Positions 9,678 through 19,765 of a stretch of DNA of 64,000 nt are shown in pieces. Origin of the DNA: Thermoproteota archaeon (GTDB taxonomy: Archaea > Korarchaeota > Korarchaeia > Korarchaeales > JAOZGB01); contig JAVCBU010000006.1 in assembly GCA_037917685.1 (NCBI GenBank), forward strand, positions 128,001 to 192,000, given 5' to 3'. The position numbers and the translations under genes were made by a program. The notes under the pieces were generated by a model, which saw only the letters and a program-made list of their open reading frames with translations, made no database searches and had not been told where the DNA came from. Each line of letters opens with the position of its first letter. Positions within the stretch are counted from its first letter, which is position 1.

Positions 9678-11003
9678 CTAACTATTTTTATTAAGTGTGT
9701 ATAATGCTATGATAGCATCCGCAAGATCTCTTGTAGTTTTGAAGACTGGATACCCTTTCTTTTCCAGTTTTTCTCTTGCTTCCTGTGTGTTTTCACCTTC
9801 AACGAGGCATAATAATGGATTCTGTGGGTTGGCGTCTATTACTGCCTTTACAAATTCTGTTGCAGGTTTGAATTTGGGTGGGATGCAGATTGCTGCTATA
9901 AGGTTGTTGTTTTCATCAACTGTTTTGATGGCTTTTAGGTATTCTTTGTATCCTGCTGTTGCTGTGAGATCTATCGGGTTCTTGGCGGTGCTTATTCCTG
10001 TTATGGGTTTTAATGCTTCCCTTAGGTGGGGTGGTGTTTCTTTTATCTTTATGTTTGCTTCTTCTAGAAGATCTGTTAGTATTACTGAGGGGCCGCCGGA
10101 ATTTGTTATTATGATGATGTCCTTGAATTTTTTCTTTTGTTTTGTTATTGCTTTGATTATGTTTATCATTTCTTTTTCATGTTTTGCTATTATGGCCTTT
10201 GCCTGTTTCATTGCTGAAATGGCTATTTTGTGGCTTGTTGTCAGGCTGGCTGTATGAGAGATGGCTGCTTGCATTCCCGCTTCTGTTCTTCCAGCTTTCA
10301 GTATTATTACGGGTTTTTTCTTGGTGGCTTTTTTTGTCTCGACGAAAAGTTTTCTGGCGTTTTTAAAACCTTCTATGTATAGGGCTATTGCTTCTACGTT
10401 TTTATCCTCTACTAGGTGTGGTATGAAGTCTTCGGGTGCTAGGTCTGCCATGTTTCCAATGGATATGAAGTGGGATAATCCTATTTTTTCCCTGTGTAGT
10501 ATGGGTAGAACTGCCCCTCCTAGGGCTCCGCTTTGTGTGATGAATGCTATGTTCCCTTTGTGTATTTTTGGTTCGAAGGATGCGTGTAGGTCCACTGGTT
10601 TTGATATTATGCCTGCGCAGTTTGGTCCTAGTATTCTGATGTTTCCTTCTCTTGCTGTTTTTACAAGTTGTTGTTCTAGGTTTTTATTTCCAGCTTCTGA
10701 GAATCCGGATGAGATTACTACGGCTGTTTTAAGCTTTCCAACTGCTTCTTTAATGATGCTTAGCGTGTATTTTGCTGGTATGGATATTATTGCTAGGTCT
10801 ATCTTCATTGGGATCTCTTTTATGTTTTTGTAGCATTTAAGTCCGAGGATGCTGGAATATTTTGGGTTGACGGGGTATATTTCTCCTTTGTATCCGTTTT
10901 CTATTATACTTTTAACGAGCTGGTGTCCTATGCTTCCCTCCTTTGCTGAGGCACCTATGATAGCTATGTTTTTAGGGTAAAGTAGTGACTTGTACCAGCT
11001 CAT
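9678..11003 (-). CDS. acdA: Acetate/acyl-CoA ligase (ADP-forming) alpha subunit
   Basis: IIGAS, ILGPNC, TQSGALG, SHTASL phospho-His, NPIDL. Confidence 0.9.
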   Translation of the reverse strand: MSWYKSLLYPKNIAIIGASAKEGSIGHQLVKSIIENGYKGEIYPVNPKYSSILGLKCYKNIKEIPMKIDLAIISIPAKYTLSIIKEAVGKLKTAVVISSGFSEAGNKNLEQQLVKTAREGNIRILGPNCAGIISKPVDLHASFEPKIHKGNIAFITQSGALGGAVLPILHREKIGLSHFISIGNMADLAPEDFIPHLVEDKNVEAIALYIEGFKNARKLFVETKKATKKKPVIILKAGRTEAGMQAAISHTASLTTSHKIAISAMKQAKAIIAKHEKEMINIIKAITKQKKKFKDIIIITNSGGPSVILTDLLEEANIKIKETPPHLREALKPITGISTAKNPIDLTATAGYKEYLKAIKTVDENNNLIAAICIPPKFKPATEFVKAVIDANPQNPLLCLVEGENTQEAREKLEKKGYPVFKTTRDLADAIIALYTLNKNS

Positions 11004-11398
11004 TTTTGTGCGACCAACGCTCTCAATATATCTCTGTCAGAGATTATTCCTACAATTCTATCTTGTTCGGTGATGGGTAGGTGTCTTATCTTTTTTTCTA
11101 CCATTATTTTGGCTGCCTCTTTGACTGGTGTTTCTGGGCTTATTGTGATTACATTTTTGGTCATTATTGTCGATACCTTGGTGTTTACTTTTCCAGTGCT
11201 CAAGGCCTTTCTTATTATGTCTGTTGTGGTTATTATTCCAATTATTTTGCCCTTGTCAATTACGAGTAGGCTTTTTATTCCTTTTTCTCGCATTTTCCTT
11301 GCTGCATCGGATATATTTTCATCTTTTTCTATTGTTTCAACGGTCTGGGTCATTACCTCTTTAACCTTCATTATAGATATGGAGGCCTCTGGTTCCAT
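11000..11398 (-). CDS. CBS-domain protein
   Basis: Tandem CBS pair (GIITTTDI, RHLPI, GIISDRDI). Confidence 0.93.
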   Translation of the reverse strand: MEPEASISIMKVKEVMTQTVETIEKDENISDAARKMREKGIKSLLVIDKGKIIGIITTTDIIRKALSTGKVNTKVSTIMTKNVITISPETPVKEAAKIMVEKKIRHLPITEQDRIVGIISDRDILRALVAQK

Positions 11399-11404
11399 TA
11401 ATAT

Positions 11405-12382
11405 TTATCCTATAACATGGGAGAAGGTTAATACACATATTTTTGTTTTTTCCTGTATCCGATGGTCCACGGTCTTGAGTCGTGACTTTTGCTTCTCTAT
11501 GTGCAATGTTCCTATCCATGTGACTCTTCTAAGGCCGTTATGGTATATTAATGCGTCGCTTTTAATGTCTGTTACGTAAATTTTCGCGTTAACCTCCACT
11601 TTACAGGTAAACTGGTATGTATAGGTGGTTCCTTCATTGTCGTGGTGTGTAAAGCGTAATTTTACCTTTGATACCACTTTAACGGTAGCTATTACTTGTA
11701 GCCTTAATTCTCCATACCCGGCTAACAGTGGCTTGATTTCCTCTTGGAGTGCCTGAATTATTTCATATTTGATTCTTAGGGCTTCTGGACACGGCTTGGC
11801 TTCTGAACTGCTTACAGATACACTTTTTTCAATCGTGTTTTGGGTTTCTGTCCCTATGTCATAGAGTAGATATATTCTGACTGGATGTGCGGCGTTTAGA
11901 TTCGTTTTTCCATTGAGGGTGACGTTGCTGTATAAGTCTTTCATACTGTATGATATAAAGCCCCATATACCAATACACCCGTACCTTGGTTTCTTGCATA
12001 ATATTGTTCTACATTGGTTTATATTCGCCCCATAAAGATATTTTCCTACAAGGATGTTAGCTGTCAGTTCAGAGTTTATTCCCTTTTCCTCTAATTCCTC
12101 CATCTCCAATGTTACATATTCGGTGTGTGTGGGGGGTTTTAGGGATAGGTATGGGTTTAGACCGTTTGTTGCTATTTGATACACCTTCTCGTCCAAATAC
12201 GATCTTACGTATATTAGACAGTCTGATTCTATGAGCTGAGACTCAGTATAGGTTTTTATGATTCCTTGAAGTCTTCTCGCTCTGTTTCCATAGTAGTCTG
12301 AGTATTGAGGAGTCCATATTACCATGCTAATGGCAATCACTAAAATTGATAGTGTATATAGAAATGCTCTTAACCTCATCAA
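11405..12382 (-). CDS. Hypothetical protein, possible minor pilin/adhesin
   Basis: N-terminal RA/FLYT then hydrophobic helix; last gene of pilus-like cluster. Confidence 0.5.
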   Translation of the reverse strand: MMRLRAFLYTLSILVIAISMVIWTPQYSDYYGNRARRLQGIIKTYTESQLIESDCLIYVRSYLDEKVYQIATNGLNPYLSLKPPTHTEYVTLEMEELEEKGINSELTANILVGKYLYGANINQCRTILCKKPRYGCIGIWGFISYSMKDLYSNVTLNGKTNLNAAHPVRIYLLYDIGTETQNTIEKSVSVSSSEAKPCPEALRIKYEIIQALQEEIKPLLAGYGELRLQVIATVKVVSKVKLRFTHHDNEGTTYTYQFTCKVEVNAKIYVTDIKSDALIYHNGLRRVTWIGTLHIEKQKSRLKTVDHRIQEKTKICVLTFSHVIG

Positions 12383-12759
12383 GGCCCCCTAGCTATTTTG
12401 ATAGTTAGTTTATGGTTGTAGGCGTGTACTATATTGTAGTATTCCGCTCTAATATTGCCTACGAGTCCGGCTGACCACCTATCCACCGTGACCCTACATC
12501 TTCCCTCTCCATCGATTAGTATTAGGATTTCTTTTGCTATCTTTCCCCCCTGTTCTGGGCTGGAAAGTATTTTCCAATATGCTCTAAGTAGCTCCCCATT
12601 TTTAGCTATCATTGTTAGGTTGTTGCAGACCTCTGCATATTTTATTGTTACTAGCTCATCGAAGCTTGTGAGTTCAGGTAGCATTAGTGAGATTACTATT
12701 ATAGATATCATGGAAGCCATTATAGTGTCAATGGATACTATGGATACTGCTTTAACCAT
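12379..12759 (-). CDS. Pilin-like hypothetical protein
   Basis: KA followed by N-terminal hydrophobic helix; operon context. Confidence 0.5.
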   Translation of the reverse strand: MVKAVSIVSIDTIMASMISIIVISLMLPELTSFDELVTIKYAEVCNNLTMIAKNGELLRAYWKILSSPEQGGKIAKEILILIDGEGRCRVTVDRWSAGLVGNIRAEYYNIVHAYNHKLTIKIARGP

Positions 12760-12901
12760 TCATTTCACCTATTATCTTCACTATTTCTGTGATGTTGAAT
12801 ATGTGCCTGTGAACTTTCAGATTAGCGTCTATTATTAGTAGAAGTAAGACCGCTGTAAGAACTATGGTGAAGCATATTATAGTTTCAATGAGATCTTCCA
12901 A
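12752..12901 (-). CDS. Small pilin-like membrane protein (49 aa, not in ORF track)
   Basis: TTG start, MEDLIETIICFTIVLTAVLLLLIID...; fills the gap and overlaps both neighbours. Confidence 0.55.
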   Translation of the reverse strand: MEDLIETIICFTIVLTAVLLLLIIDANLKVHRHIFNITEIVKIIGEMNG

Positions 12902-13301
12902 TTTTTACACCTTCGTCTGACTTGTAGATCATTATAGTGTCTCCGGCTGTTGTTTCTATCTCGTATTCTATGCTGATTGGGAGAGACATGGTTTCGTTAT
13001 ACCAGCTGATCCTAACGTGAAGGTTTTCCCATTTGACTAAAGTTTTAGACTTAACTTCGATTTTTCCATTTGAAAAAGATAGAATGTAGTCTATACCTAG
13101 CTCAGGGAGGGTTATGGGTACCTGAGTATTCGTCTTCTTAACTAGTTTAACTACAACATCTATCTCCTCTAGTAGTTCTTTAAGAGCTTCTCTACCTTTG
13201 TACATGGAGATTACGCTTCGTGTATAAATCGTTACTGATATCAAGAGGATGCCTGTTACTATATATGATGTTAAAGAGAGTGCCTTTGAGATCTCAGCCA
13301 T
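12885..13301 (-). CDS. Pilin-like hypothetical protein
   Basis: SKA/LSL hydrophobic N-terminus then helix and beta-rich domain. Confidence 0.5.
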   Translation of the reverse strand: MAEISKALSLTSYIVTGILLISVTIYTRSVISMYKGREALKELLEEIDVVVKLVKKTNTQVPITLPELGIDYILSFSNGKIEVKSKTLVKWENLHVRISWYNETMSLPISIEYEIETTAGDTIMIYKSDEGVKIGRSH

Positions 13302-13695
13302 TCTCAGGTTCCACCTCTACCACTATAGTGTTGTTATATCTGAAAGTTCGCAGTGTGTAGTAGCCCTCCTGTATCATGTCTCTTGTTAAAACAATCTCTA
13401 AGGGGTATATGTAGCTTATATTTAGGCTTCTATGGTACATAGTGACTAAACAGGCAAAATTTTCTTTTCTTATTGTGATATTAACTCCGGGAGAATAGAT
13501 CTTTTTGAATGTCGAGCCGCCGTTCATAACTGTGCAAATGGAACTATCTATTTCAGAGGCGAACTTGTACAGCCTCTTTTTATGCAAACCAGTGTCTACT
13601 GTCAATAGGAGTTCTCTTAACGGCTTCGATAGCATGAATCCCGTTACAACGATGCTTATGGTTAAAGTAATAGCTGATGCTACAACGTTATCCAT
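13294..13695 (-). CDS. Pilin-like hypothetical protein
   Basis: N-terminal hydrophobic helix; overlapping-stop operon context. Confidence 0.5.
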   Translation of the reverse strand: MDNVVASAITLTISIVVTGFMLSKPLRELLLTVDTGLHKKRLYKFASEIDSSICTVMNGGSTFKKIYSPGVNITIRKENFACLVTMYHRSLNISYIYPLEIVLTRDMIQEGYYTLRTFRYNNTIVVEVEPENG

Positions 13696-14108
13696 TCGTT
13701 CACCCTCAAAAATATTGTTACTAACATGAGGATAGGTATTGCCGGTATCTCTTCACTATTTTTTGTCTTTTTCATTCTGTTTTTAATTTGGATTGATAGG
13801 AGTATTAAAGAGGCTCCCCATAAATAGTAAAGGAGAATCCTGACAGAATAAGTAGGGTAAGTCACGAGAGTGGAAAGTATAGCTATAGAATCTCCAAAAC
13901 CATGGCCTGTCAAGGATAACGATAAACTGGCTATCACGAAGATTAGCAGGATTAAGATCATATCTCCCTTGTAAAGGCTATGGACATACGTCGATGTAAC
14001 AATAGTAGCCAAAAGGGCTGTAATAGATATTTGTGAAAGTTCTCTATATCTTAAATCTTCCATAGTTGCAAATAGAATCGAGAAGGACCATATTATGTCT
14101 GTTATCAT
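13680..14108 (-). CDS. Prepilin peptidase (A24 family)
   Basis: EDLRYREL and GFGD aspartate motifs, IPAIP tail; real start likely 14108. Confidence 0.75.
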   Translation of the reverse strand: MITDIIWSFSILFATMEDLRYRELSQISITALLATIVTSTYVHSLYKGDMILILLIFVIASLSLSLTGHGFGDSIAILSTLVTYPTYSVRILLYYLWGASLILLSIQIKNRMKKTKNSEEIPAIPILMLVTIFLRVNEWITL

Positions 14109-15451
14109 ATTATCGCACCCCAAATTAGCTTGTAGAATAATAGAAAGACTATGATTGGAGGGATGATCCATATGGTTTTGTCTTGGGTGGAACGTACAAG
14201 AGCTATTGATGTTGCGAGCAGCGATAACGCTGGAAGAATGTTTAGGTTTGGTGTATTGCCTACTATTTGTCCTATAATATTTGGCATTTTCATAAGTCCC
14301 GATCCTATTATAGCGTAACAAAGCATTGCGATTCTTGTTGTGAATCTTTGGGATGAGATTTTATTTTCTATATCTTTGAGTATTGATGATTGGATGGCCA
14401 CTGTGTTAGCAATCCTATTTATTATAAACACTAATCTTGAGCTGTATATATTATCGAAAATTATTTTGATAGCTACACCAATTATATAATTCCTGCCTGT
14501 TATCTCCTTTACTGCATCGTTCCACGTGTAGCTGTTGTATAAAGTTTTTAGGATTACCTTGTAAATTTCATCCATTTTAGTCTCTTTAGCCGATACAATT
14601 ATAGCTTTTAAGGGTGGGAGATCACATTTTAGATTTTTTTCGAGAGCCCATAAGAATTCTAACGACCTTAATGTTGATTTGTAGCTTCCTTTCTCTAATA
14701 GTGGTGTTGTATACTGTATTAGGACTTTAGATATTAAAGGTATGGATGTGAGATAGAGGATGAACAGGTATAGAGTTAGGGTAAGGGGTAACGTGCCTAT
14801 TGAACTGATCAGTAAAAGTCCTGCTGGTAATAGGAAATTGAATGTTACAAAGACTAGGAGCCTACTGTTAACCTGGTTTAGATATTTATATACCGGTGTT
14901 AGCAACTCCCTTCGAGCTACTTCTTCGACATTTATTTCCTTATCCGGATTTCCTAGCAACATTGTTGTTGCTTGAGATAAACTATGGAACCCTCTTTCTT
15001 CGAGGCGTTTGATAAAAGATTTTTTAACGGGTTCTCCTGATATTTTTCCATCTCTGTATGACTCCAGCGCAATTTTACATATAGGTTCTATTTGAGAATG
15101 AGCTAATAACAAGATAGCGTACGCCTCGTTGAATGTAGCACCTAGAAGTAGGTATATTAGTCCAAGATATGATCTTTCTAGGTTAGTTGTATTTAATTTC
15201 TGCCTTGTATACGCTTTACTTACTATTTTGTGGGTTATAACAATCCATGTAACCAACGTGGTTCCATACACTGCGAGTTTAACATCATATAAGGCAGAAA
15301 AACCCAGGATGGAGAAACCTACGATTTCTACTATTATGCGATGACGCTGTAGGGATGTTTTAGCTAAATGTATAGTGTGAGATGTAAATGATTTAAAACG
15401 ATAGAGCATATGTAGTCTACTTGAAAAGCTGTATTTTTTAGAAAATCCCAT
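14105..15451 (-). CDS. TadC/GspF-like membrane platform protein
   Basis: Polytopic membrane protein with two repeated cytoplasmic domains, directly after the secretion ATPase. Confidence 0.6.
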   Translation of the reverse strand: MGFSKKYSFSSRLHMLYRFKSFTSHTIHLAKTSLQRHRIIVEIVGFSILGFSALYDVKLAVYGTTLVTWIVITHKIVSKAYTRQKLNTTNLERSYLGLIYLLLGATFNEAYAILLLAHSQIEPICKIALESYRDGKISGEPVKKSFIKRLEERGFHSLSQATTMLLGNPDKEINVEEVARRELLTPVYKYLNQVNSRLLVFVTFNFLLPAGLLLISSIGTLPLTLTLYLFILYLTSIPLISKVLIQYTTPLLEKGSYKSTLRSLEFLWALEKNLKCDLPPLKAIIVSAKETKMDEIYKVILKTLYNSYTWNDAVKEITGRNYIIGVAIKIIFDNIYSSRLVFIINRIANTVAIQSSILKDIENKISSQRFTTRIAMLCYAIIGSGLMKMPNIIGQIVGNTPNLNILPALSLLATSIALVRSTQDKTIWIIPPIIVFLLFYKLIWGAII

Positions 15452-17171
15452 TTCTCCACCATTTGTTGAATATTTCAGCGATATCTCGGTTTGTCGGGTT
15501 TCCCTTTAGACGTAAGAGCTCATTTACTAATTGTTTACATTTGTTATCTTGATAGGCGTTATGAATTTTTGAAACTCTCCGATAAACTCTGCCCTTCCCA
15601 TCAACAGTTTTCTTAATTCCAATGCTTACGATTTCGTCTCCAATGGTTAACTTCCAAGCTTTAAACTTTGATAATAGGCTTTTGTAACTTAGTGAATGTA
15701 TCGTTGCGATCGTTTGTATCCCGGAATCAACGCTGAAGGTGAATGCTAAGGCGTGCTCCCTAGTTAATATCTCACCAAAGAATATAAGATCAGGATTTCT
15801 ATGAAGTAAGATCGTCAATATGTCGGATCTGTCTCCTGTCAGCGAGAATCTTTGGAATATTTTACCATTTTCGCTTTGATCTTCAATTTCATAGACATCT
15901 TCTATTGATAATATCCTCCAGCTTGGGTTTGTCAACGATAATATAGCATTTCCAAGAGTGGTCTTTCCGCACCCTGTCGGGCCATATATGATGAGGCTTC
16001 TCCGTCTAATCAGGGAGGCAATTATTTTCGCTGCTTGGTCTATATCCATCATTCCCAGCTTGATTAATTTGTGTATTGAAAGCTGTTTTATAGACATCAA
16101 GTTCCTAATGTTTATGCTTTCATATGACACCGGTGGGATGTCCACGCCCAGTCTGACATGATATATTGGAGATCTCAATTCTATTTTAACAGAAGGCTCT
16201 TCTACGTTGATTTTCCTGTTGCCTTGGATCTGTATCAATGTGATGATCTTTTCGAAGGTTTCGTTGTCTAATATGATGTTAGAAGTGCATCTACCATATT
16301 TTATGTGATCGAAGTAAATATTGCTATTTATGGTTCCATAAGATTCTGTGATGTTTGGATTAACGAAGAAAGGATATAATTTGTAAAGTTTCGTGGTCTT
16401 TATGGAAAGTTCGAAGGCTAATTCTTGTTTCTCATCATCGGGTATATTTGGGTTCATTAAAATAATCATTTCCTTTGCCTTCATTTCTCTAAGTTTTATA
16501 ATGTCATAAAGAGTTTCTTCTATATTATAACCGCCGATGTTTTTAATTCTATTAAATATGTTTCTTATATTTTTATCCTTAATTGTTTGACTTAACCATC
16601 TTATTTTACATATGGGTCCGTCCTCGGTCATATAAAAAGTGTAAATTACTCCCTTATATCTCTCTTCCCCCATTAATATTGATTCTTTACCCTTTTTATC
16701 TTCCTTTTTTCTGAATTTAACTAATGGTTTAGTTGCATTAACGTACATGCCTTTCAGAAATTTTTCATCGAACTCGTTTTCAAGGTTTTTTCTGATTTTT
16801 GATAAAATAATCCCAAATACACATCTTTTACAGTTATATTTTTCTAAAAATTTATACATAATTTTAGGATTGATGTAGATTTTTAAATATTCTCCACTTA
16901 TGCGATTTGTTATTTTCTTACACTTCGCACATTTTTCTATTCTGTTTATTTTGCTTGGGCTTATAGGTCTAACTGTATTTATATACTTTCTGAATATCGT
17001 TAAATCTTCGAACTTATATGTTGCTTCGCTGTTCTTAATAATTATGTTCGTAATTTTAGACTGTTTGTTAGCTATTAATATTCTTAGTATACAACTGAAA
17101 CATGAGTCTGGGTCTTTTTCGCATTCGCAGTGAATTTCCGCATTGCCTCCTAGAATAGTGACGCTTTCCAT
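15438..17171 (-). CDS. Type IV pilus/secretion ATPase (VirB11/TadA family)
   Basis: GPTGCGKTT Walker A, SIEDVYEI Asp box, NPDLIFFGEI Walker B, ATIHS His box. Confidence 0.88.
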   Translation of the reverse strand: MESVTILGGNAEIHCECEKDPDSCFSCILRILIANKQSKITNIIIKNSEATYKFEDLTIFRKYINTVRPISPSKINRIEKCAKCKKITNRISGEYLKIYINPKIMYKFLEKYNCKRCVFGIILSKIRKNLENEFDEKFLKGMYVNATKPLVKFRKKEDKKGKESILMGEERYKGVIYTFYMTEDGPICKIRWLSQTIKDKNIRNIFNRIKNIGGYNIEETLYDIIKLREMKAKEMIILMNPNIPDDEKQELAFELSIKTTKLYKLYPFFVNPNITESYGTINSNIYFDHIKYGRCTSNIILDNETFEKIITLIQIQGNRKINVEEPSVKIELRSPIYHVRLGVDIPPVSYESINIRNLMSIKQLSIHKLIKLGMMDIDQAAKIIASLIRRRSLIIYGPTGCGKTTLGNAILSLTNPSWRILSIEDVYEIEDQSENGKIFQRFSLTGDRSDILTILLHRNPDLIFFGEILTREHALAFTFSVDSGIQTIATIHSLSYKSLLSKFKAWKLTIGDEIVSIGIKKTVDGKGRVYRRVSKIHNAYQDNKCKQLVNELLRLKGNPTNRDIAEIFNKWWRNGIF

Positions 17172-17213
17172 GGTTCAATAATGTCTTAGTAAGATTATGC
17201 GATTTAAGTAGCT

Positions 17214-17474
17214 CTATAGCTCTTCGGTTTGGGTTATTGCGATAGCAAGTGATATCCACCTTATAAGGGAGTTAGTGGCAGCTCTTAGAGAGACTAGGTC
17301 CTTAGCATTGATCTCGAACTCTAAAGGATTGGTGTTGGCGATGTCAACTCTTCCCCGTTTTTTTATGTCGCCGATTTCAGGTTTAACAGCTTTCAGGATT
17401 ACTTTTGAAATTTCTTTTGAAAGATTTACTCTAAGCCTGCAACTATATGGAAACTCGTTACTCAATAAGATCAA
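17214..17474 (-). CDS. pcc1: KEOPS subunit Pcc1
   Basis: AKDLVSLRAATNSLIRWI motif; follows imp4. Confidence 0.9.
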   Translation of the reverse strand: MILLSNEFPYSCRLRVNLSKEISKVILKAVKPEIGDIKKRGRVDIANTNPLEFEINAKDLVSLRAATNSLIRWISLAIAITQTEEL

Positions 17475-18009
17475 CCTCTACTCTAGGCCCAAGTTCGAAA
17501 AAGGGTTCAATGTGATAGAAATCTATCATAAAGCCATTTTCGAGCGGTAAGATTAGAAGGGCACAGTCGCATTCATCATAATATCTAGATATCTCCTCTA
17601 AAGAGCTTATATCCCTAAACCTATCAAGATTTAAACCCTCTTGGAGATATCTTGCAACACCATACCCGGATTCGCTTGCCAAATTGAAAAGACATAATGA
17701 ATGCATCGTAGGAGCCCTTCTCTTCGTGATTTCTCTTCGGAGAGTAGTGCGAGTAATCTTTAACTCACCCTTAGTATATTCAAAGCTGTCCGGTGACACT
17801 TTAAGGAATTTGATAGTTGATGGCTTCCCTCCTTTACTTCCAATGAGCATTACTCTATCGTACCCCATCCCGACAGCGATTTTCTGTAGATCCTTAATGC
17901 TTTTCTTTCCCCTGTTCATCCTTGCGGAATGCGGAATAACTCGACTTAAGTCTTTTATCAATGATCTCGTTCTTTGAGCAGGTCTTCGGGAACTCACTAT
18001 TAGGATCAT
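17458..18009 (-). CDS. Brix-domain ribosome biogenesis protein (Imp4-like)
   Basis: SSRRPAQRTRSLIKDL...NRGKKS. Confidence 0.9.
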   Translation of the reverse strand: MILIVSSRRPAQRTRSLIKDLSRVIPHSARMNRGKKSIKDLQKIAVGMGYDRVMLIGSKGGKPSTIKFLKVSPDSFEYTKGELKITRTTLRREITKRRAPTMHSLCLFNLASESGYGVARYLQEGLNLDRFRDISSLEEISRYYDECDCALLILPLENGFMIDFYHIEPFFELGPRVEVDLIE

Positions 18010-18013
18010 CTAA

Positions 18014-18214
18014 CTAAGGCCTCCACGCTGCCCCCGTAAATACAACACCACATTTTCTACAGCGCCATATCCCGAGTTTAACGTTTTTCACGGCTTTAAC
18101 TCCACATTTTGGGCATACATAGGTAGACTTCTGCATTCTCTTTATCTTCTCATATCTTTTCCTTATTTTTCGGCCATATCTAGCAGACCTTATTTTAACT
18201 GGCACCGCTATCAC
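18014..18214 (-). CDS. rpl37ae: 50S ribosomal protein L37Ae
   Basis: ARYGRKIRK, CPKC...GIWRCRKCG...GAAW. Confidence 0.95.
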   Translation of the reverse strand: MIAVPVKIRSARYGRKIRKRYEKIKRMQKSTYVCPKCGVKAVKNVKLGIWRCRKCGVVFTGAAWRP

Positions 18215-19014
18215 CCATAATAAGTAGATAAGTGCTTATACTTACTTATAGCTAACTTTGCAGCTTCTTCTACTAATCCTATGGATAATGAGCTGGGTCC
18301 CTTCTGTATCGCGCAAATCCTGCCATCTTCTTTTACCCCGAAAGTTATCCTTCCATCAGCTACTTGTTCTTCTTCTAAATTTGGATCGACGACGAGTTTT
18401 TCCCCTATTTTAACCATTGTTACAGTAGCTGGTTTAGATTTAAGTTCCAGTTTAAACCTCTCATTGGGGTCGGCAGAGATGTTTCCCTCCTCATCTACGT
18501 GGACCACAGGTATAGTAGTCTTCGATAAGGCGCCGACTGCGGATAGGGTAGCTGCGTCGAAGAGATTTCCATCATAATCAAGAACATAAATATCAATAAA
18601 CAAGATGTAAACAAGTTCCCCAGGCTTTATAACAAGTTTTTTCAGGTCTATGGCCTCAGCACTTCGTATAGTCCTATCAACTACCCTGGCTATTTCTATT
18701 GACTCAGGCCCTGGCGGCCCGGGCTCAAATGTTGGTGATGCAAGAGGCAATAGCTCTACGTTAACGACAAAAACGCCCTTATCAGGTGTGTCAGGGTAGG
18801 GTGGACCTACATCAACTTTAACACCGGTTATAACTTGAGTTTTCCCGAGCTTAACCCAGCATTCTCCGTCGCCATGGGTAGCTGTTTCACTTATTATCTC
18901 TATATCCCTATAATCGTGAAGCCCTCTTCCGTCTCTTCTTATCCCCCTTTCGACTAGTGCGTTTATGTGGTCCTTTAAAAGTAGTTCAACTATTTTCTTA
19001 CTCATTAATTTCAC
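18211..19014 (-). CDS. rrp42: Exosome subunit Rrp42
   Basis: RRDGRG, PYPDTPDKG, FEPGPP, DYDGNLFDA. Confidence 0.96.
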   Translation of the reverse strand: MKLMSKKIVELLLKDHINALVERGIRRDGRGLHDYRDIEIISETATHGDGECWVKLGKTQVITGVKVDVGPPYPDTPDKGVFVVNVELLPLASPTFEPGPPGPESIEIARVVDRTIRSAEAIDLKKLVIKPGELVYILFIDIYVLDYDGNLFDAATLSAVGALSKTTIPVVHVDEEGNISADPNERFKLELKSKPATVTMVKIGEKLVVDPNLEEEQVADGRITFGVKEDGRICAIQKGPSSLSIGLVEEAAKLAISKYKHLSTYYG

Positions 19015-19765
19015 CTTCTAACCTAAGCTTCTCATATTTTTCGATAATCGCTTTCTTCTGTAGTTCGTATACTTGCTTGCACCCCTCATATGCGAGTTTT
19101 AAAGCTCGCTGGAATTCATCAAATGTGTACTGCCCATCAGCTTGTAAAAGCGTGATTTCACCTGTTTCCATGAAAAATGCTACTGGCATATCACCATCCC
19201 CCCACATGTCTTCCTCATGTCCAGGATCTAGAATTATGAAGTCTCCCACTTTACCTACGCTGCAACCTGTCACAAGGCCTCTTATTGGTATACCTGCGTC
19301 TGCAAGAGCCACGGACGCGCCTGTAATACCTGCTACTCTAGTTCCAGCATCTGATCTTAAAACTTCTACAAAAATATCAATCGCGGTTCCACCAAACATT
19401 TCTTTAAATATTACAGGTTTTAAAGCTTCCTCAATAACTGTTGAGAGTTCTATGCTTCTTCTATCTGGACCAGGCTTCTTTCTATCAGTTGATGGGGAAA
19501 AAGGCGCCATGTCATAACGGCATCTAACTAAAGCTTCATGGGGTATAGCTTGGTGTCTTGGATGTGCAGCTCTCGGGCCATACACAGCTACTAGAATCCT
19601 ATTTCCACCCCATTTTACGTATGCTGAGCCATCAGCTCTTTCCAAAACACCAACCTTAATTTCGATGGGCCTAAGTTCTTCAGGCTTTCTACCATCTATT
19701 CGGGTACCATCCTCACTTATGAGCTTCTCAGGCTTCTTTTCCACGAATATTTGCATTCTTAACAC
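18998..19765 (-). CDS. rrp41: Exosome subunit Rrp41
   Basis: RIDGRKPEELRPI, ADGSAY, DAGTR, EDMWGDGDMPVA. Confidence 0.96.
   Translation of the reverse strand: MLRMQIFVEKKPEKLISEDGTRIDGRKPEELRPIEIKVGVLERADGSAYVKWGGNRILVAVYGPRAAHPRHQAIPHEALVRCRYDMAPFSPSTDRKKPGPDRRSIELSTVIEEALKPVIFKEMFGGTAIDIFVEVLRSDAGTRVAGITGASVALADAGIPIRGLVTGCSVGKVGDFIILDPGHEEDMWGDGDMPVAFFMETGEITLLQADGQYTFDEFQRALKLAYEGCKQVYELQKKAIIEKYEKLRLEGEINE

Noticed and set aside
9697-10833. Long antisense ORFs opposite acdA and other core genes
   Set aside because: Shadow ORFs from biased codon usage; no motifs and fully overlapping confident genes
14109-14321. N-terminal extension of the 213-aa ORF
   Set aside because: Overlaps the TadC-like gene out of frame; peptidase similarity starts at Met 14108
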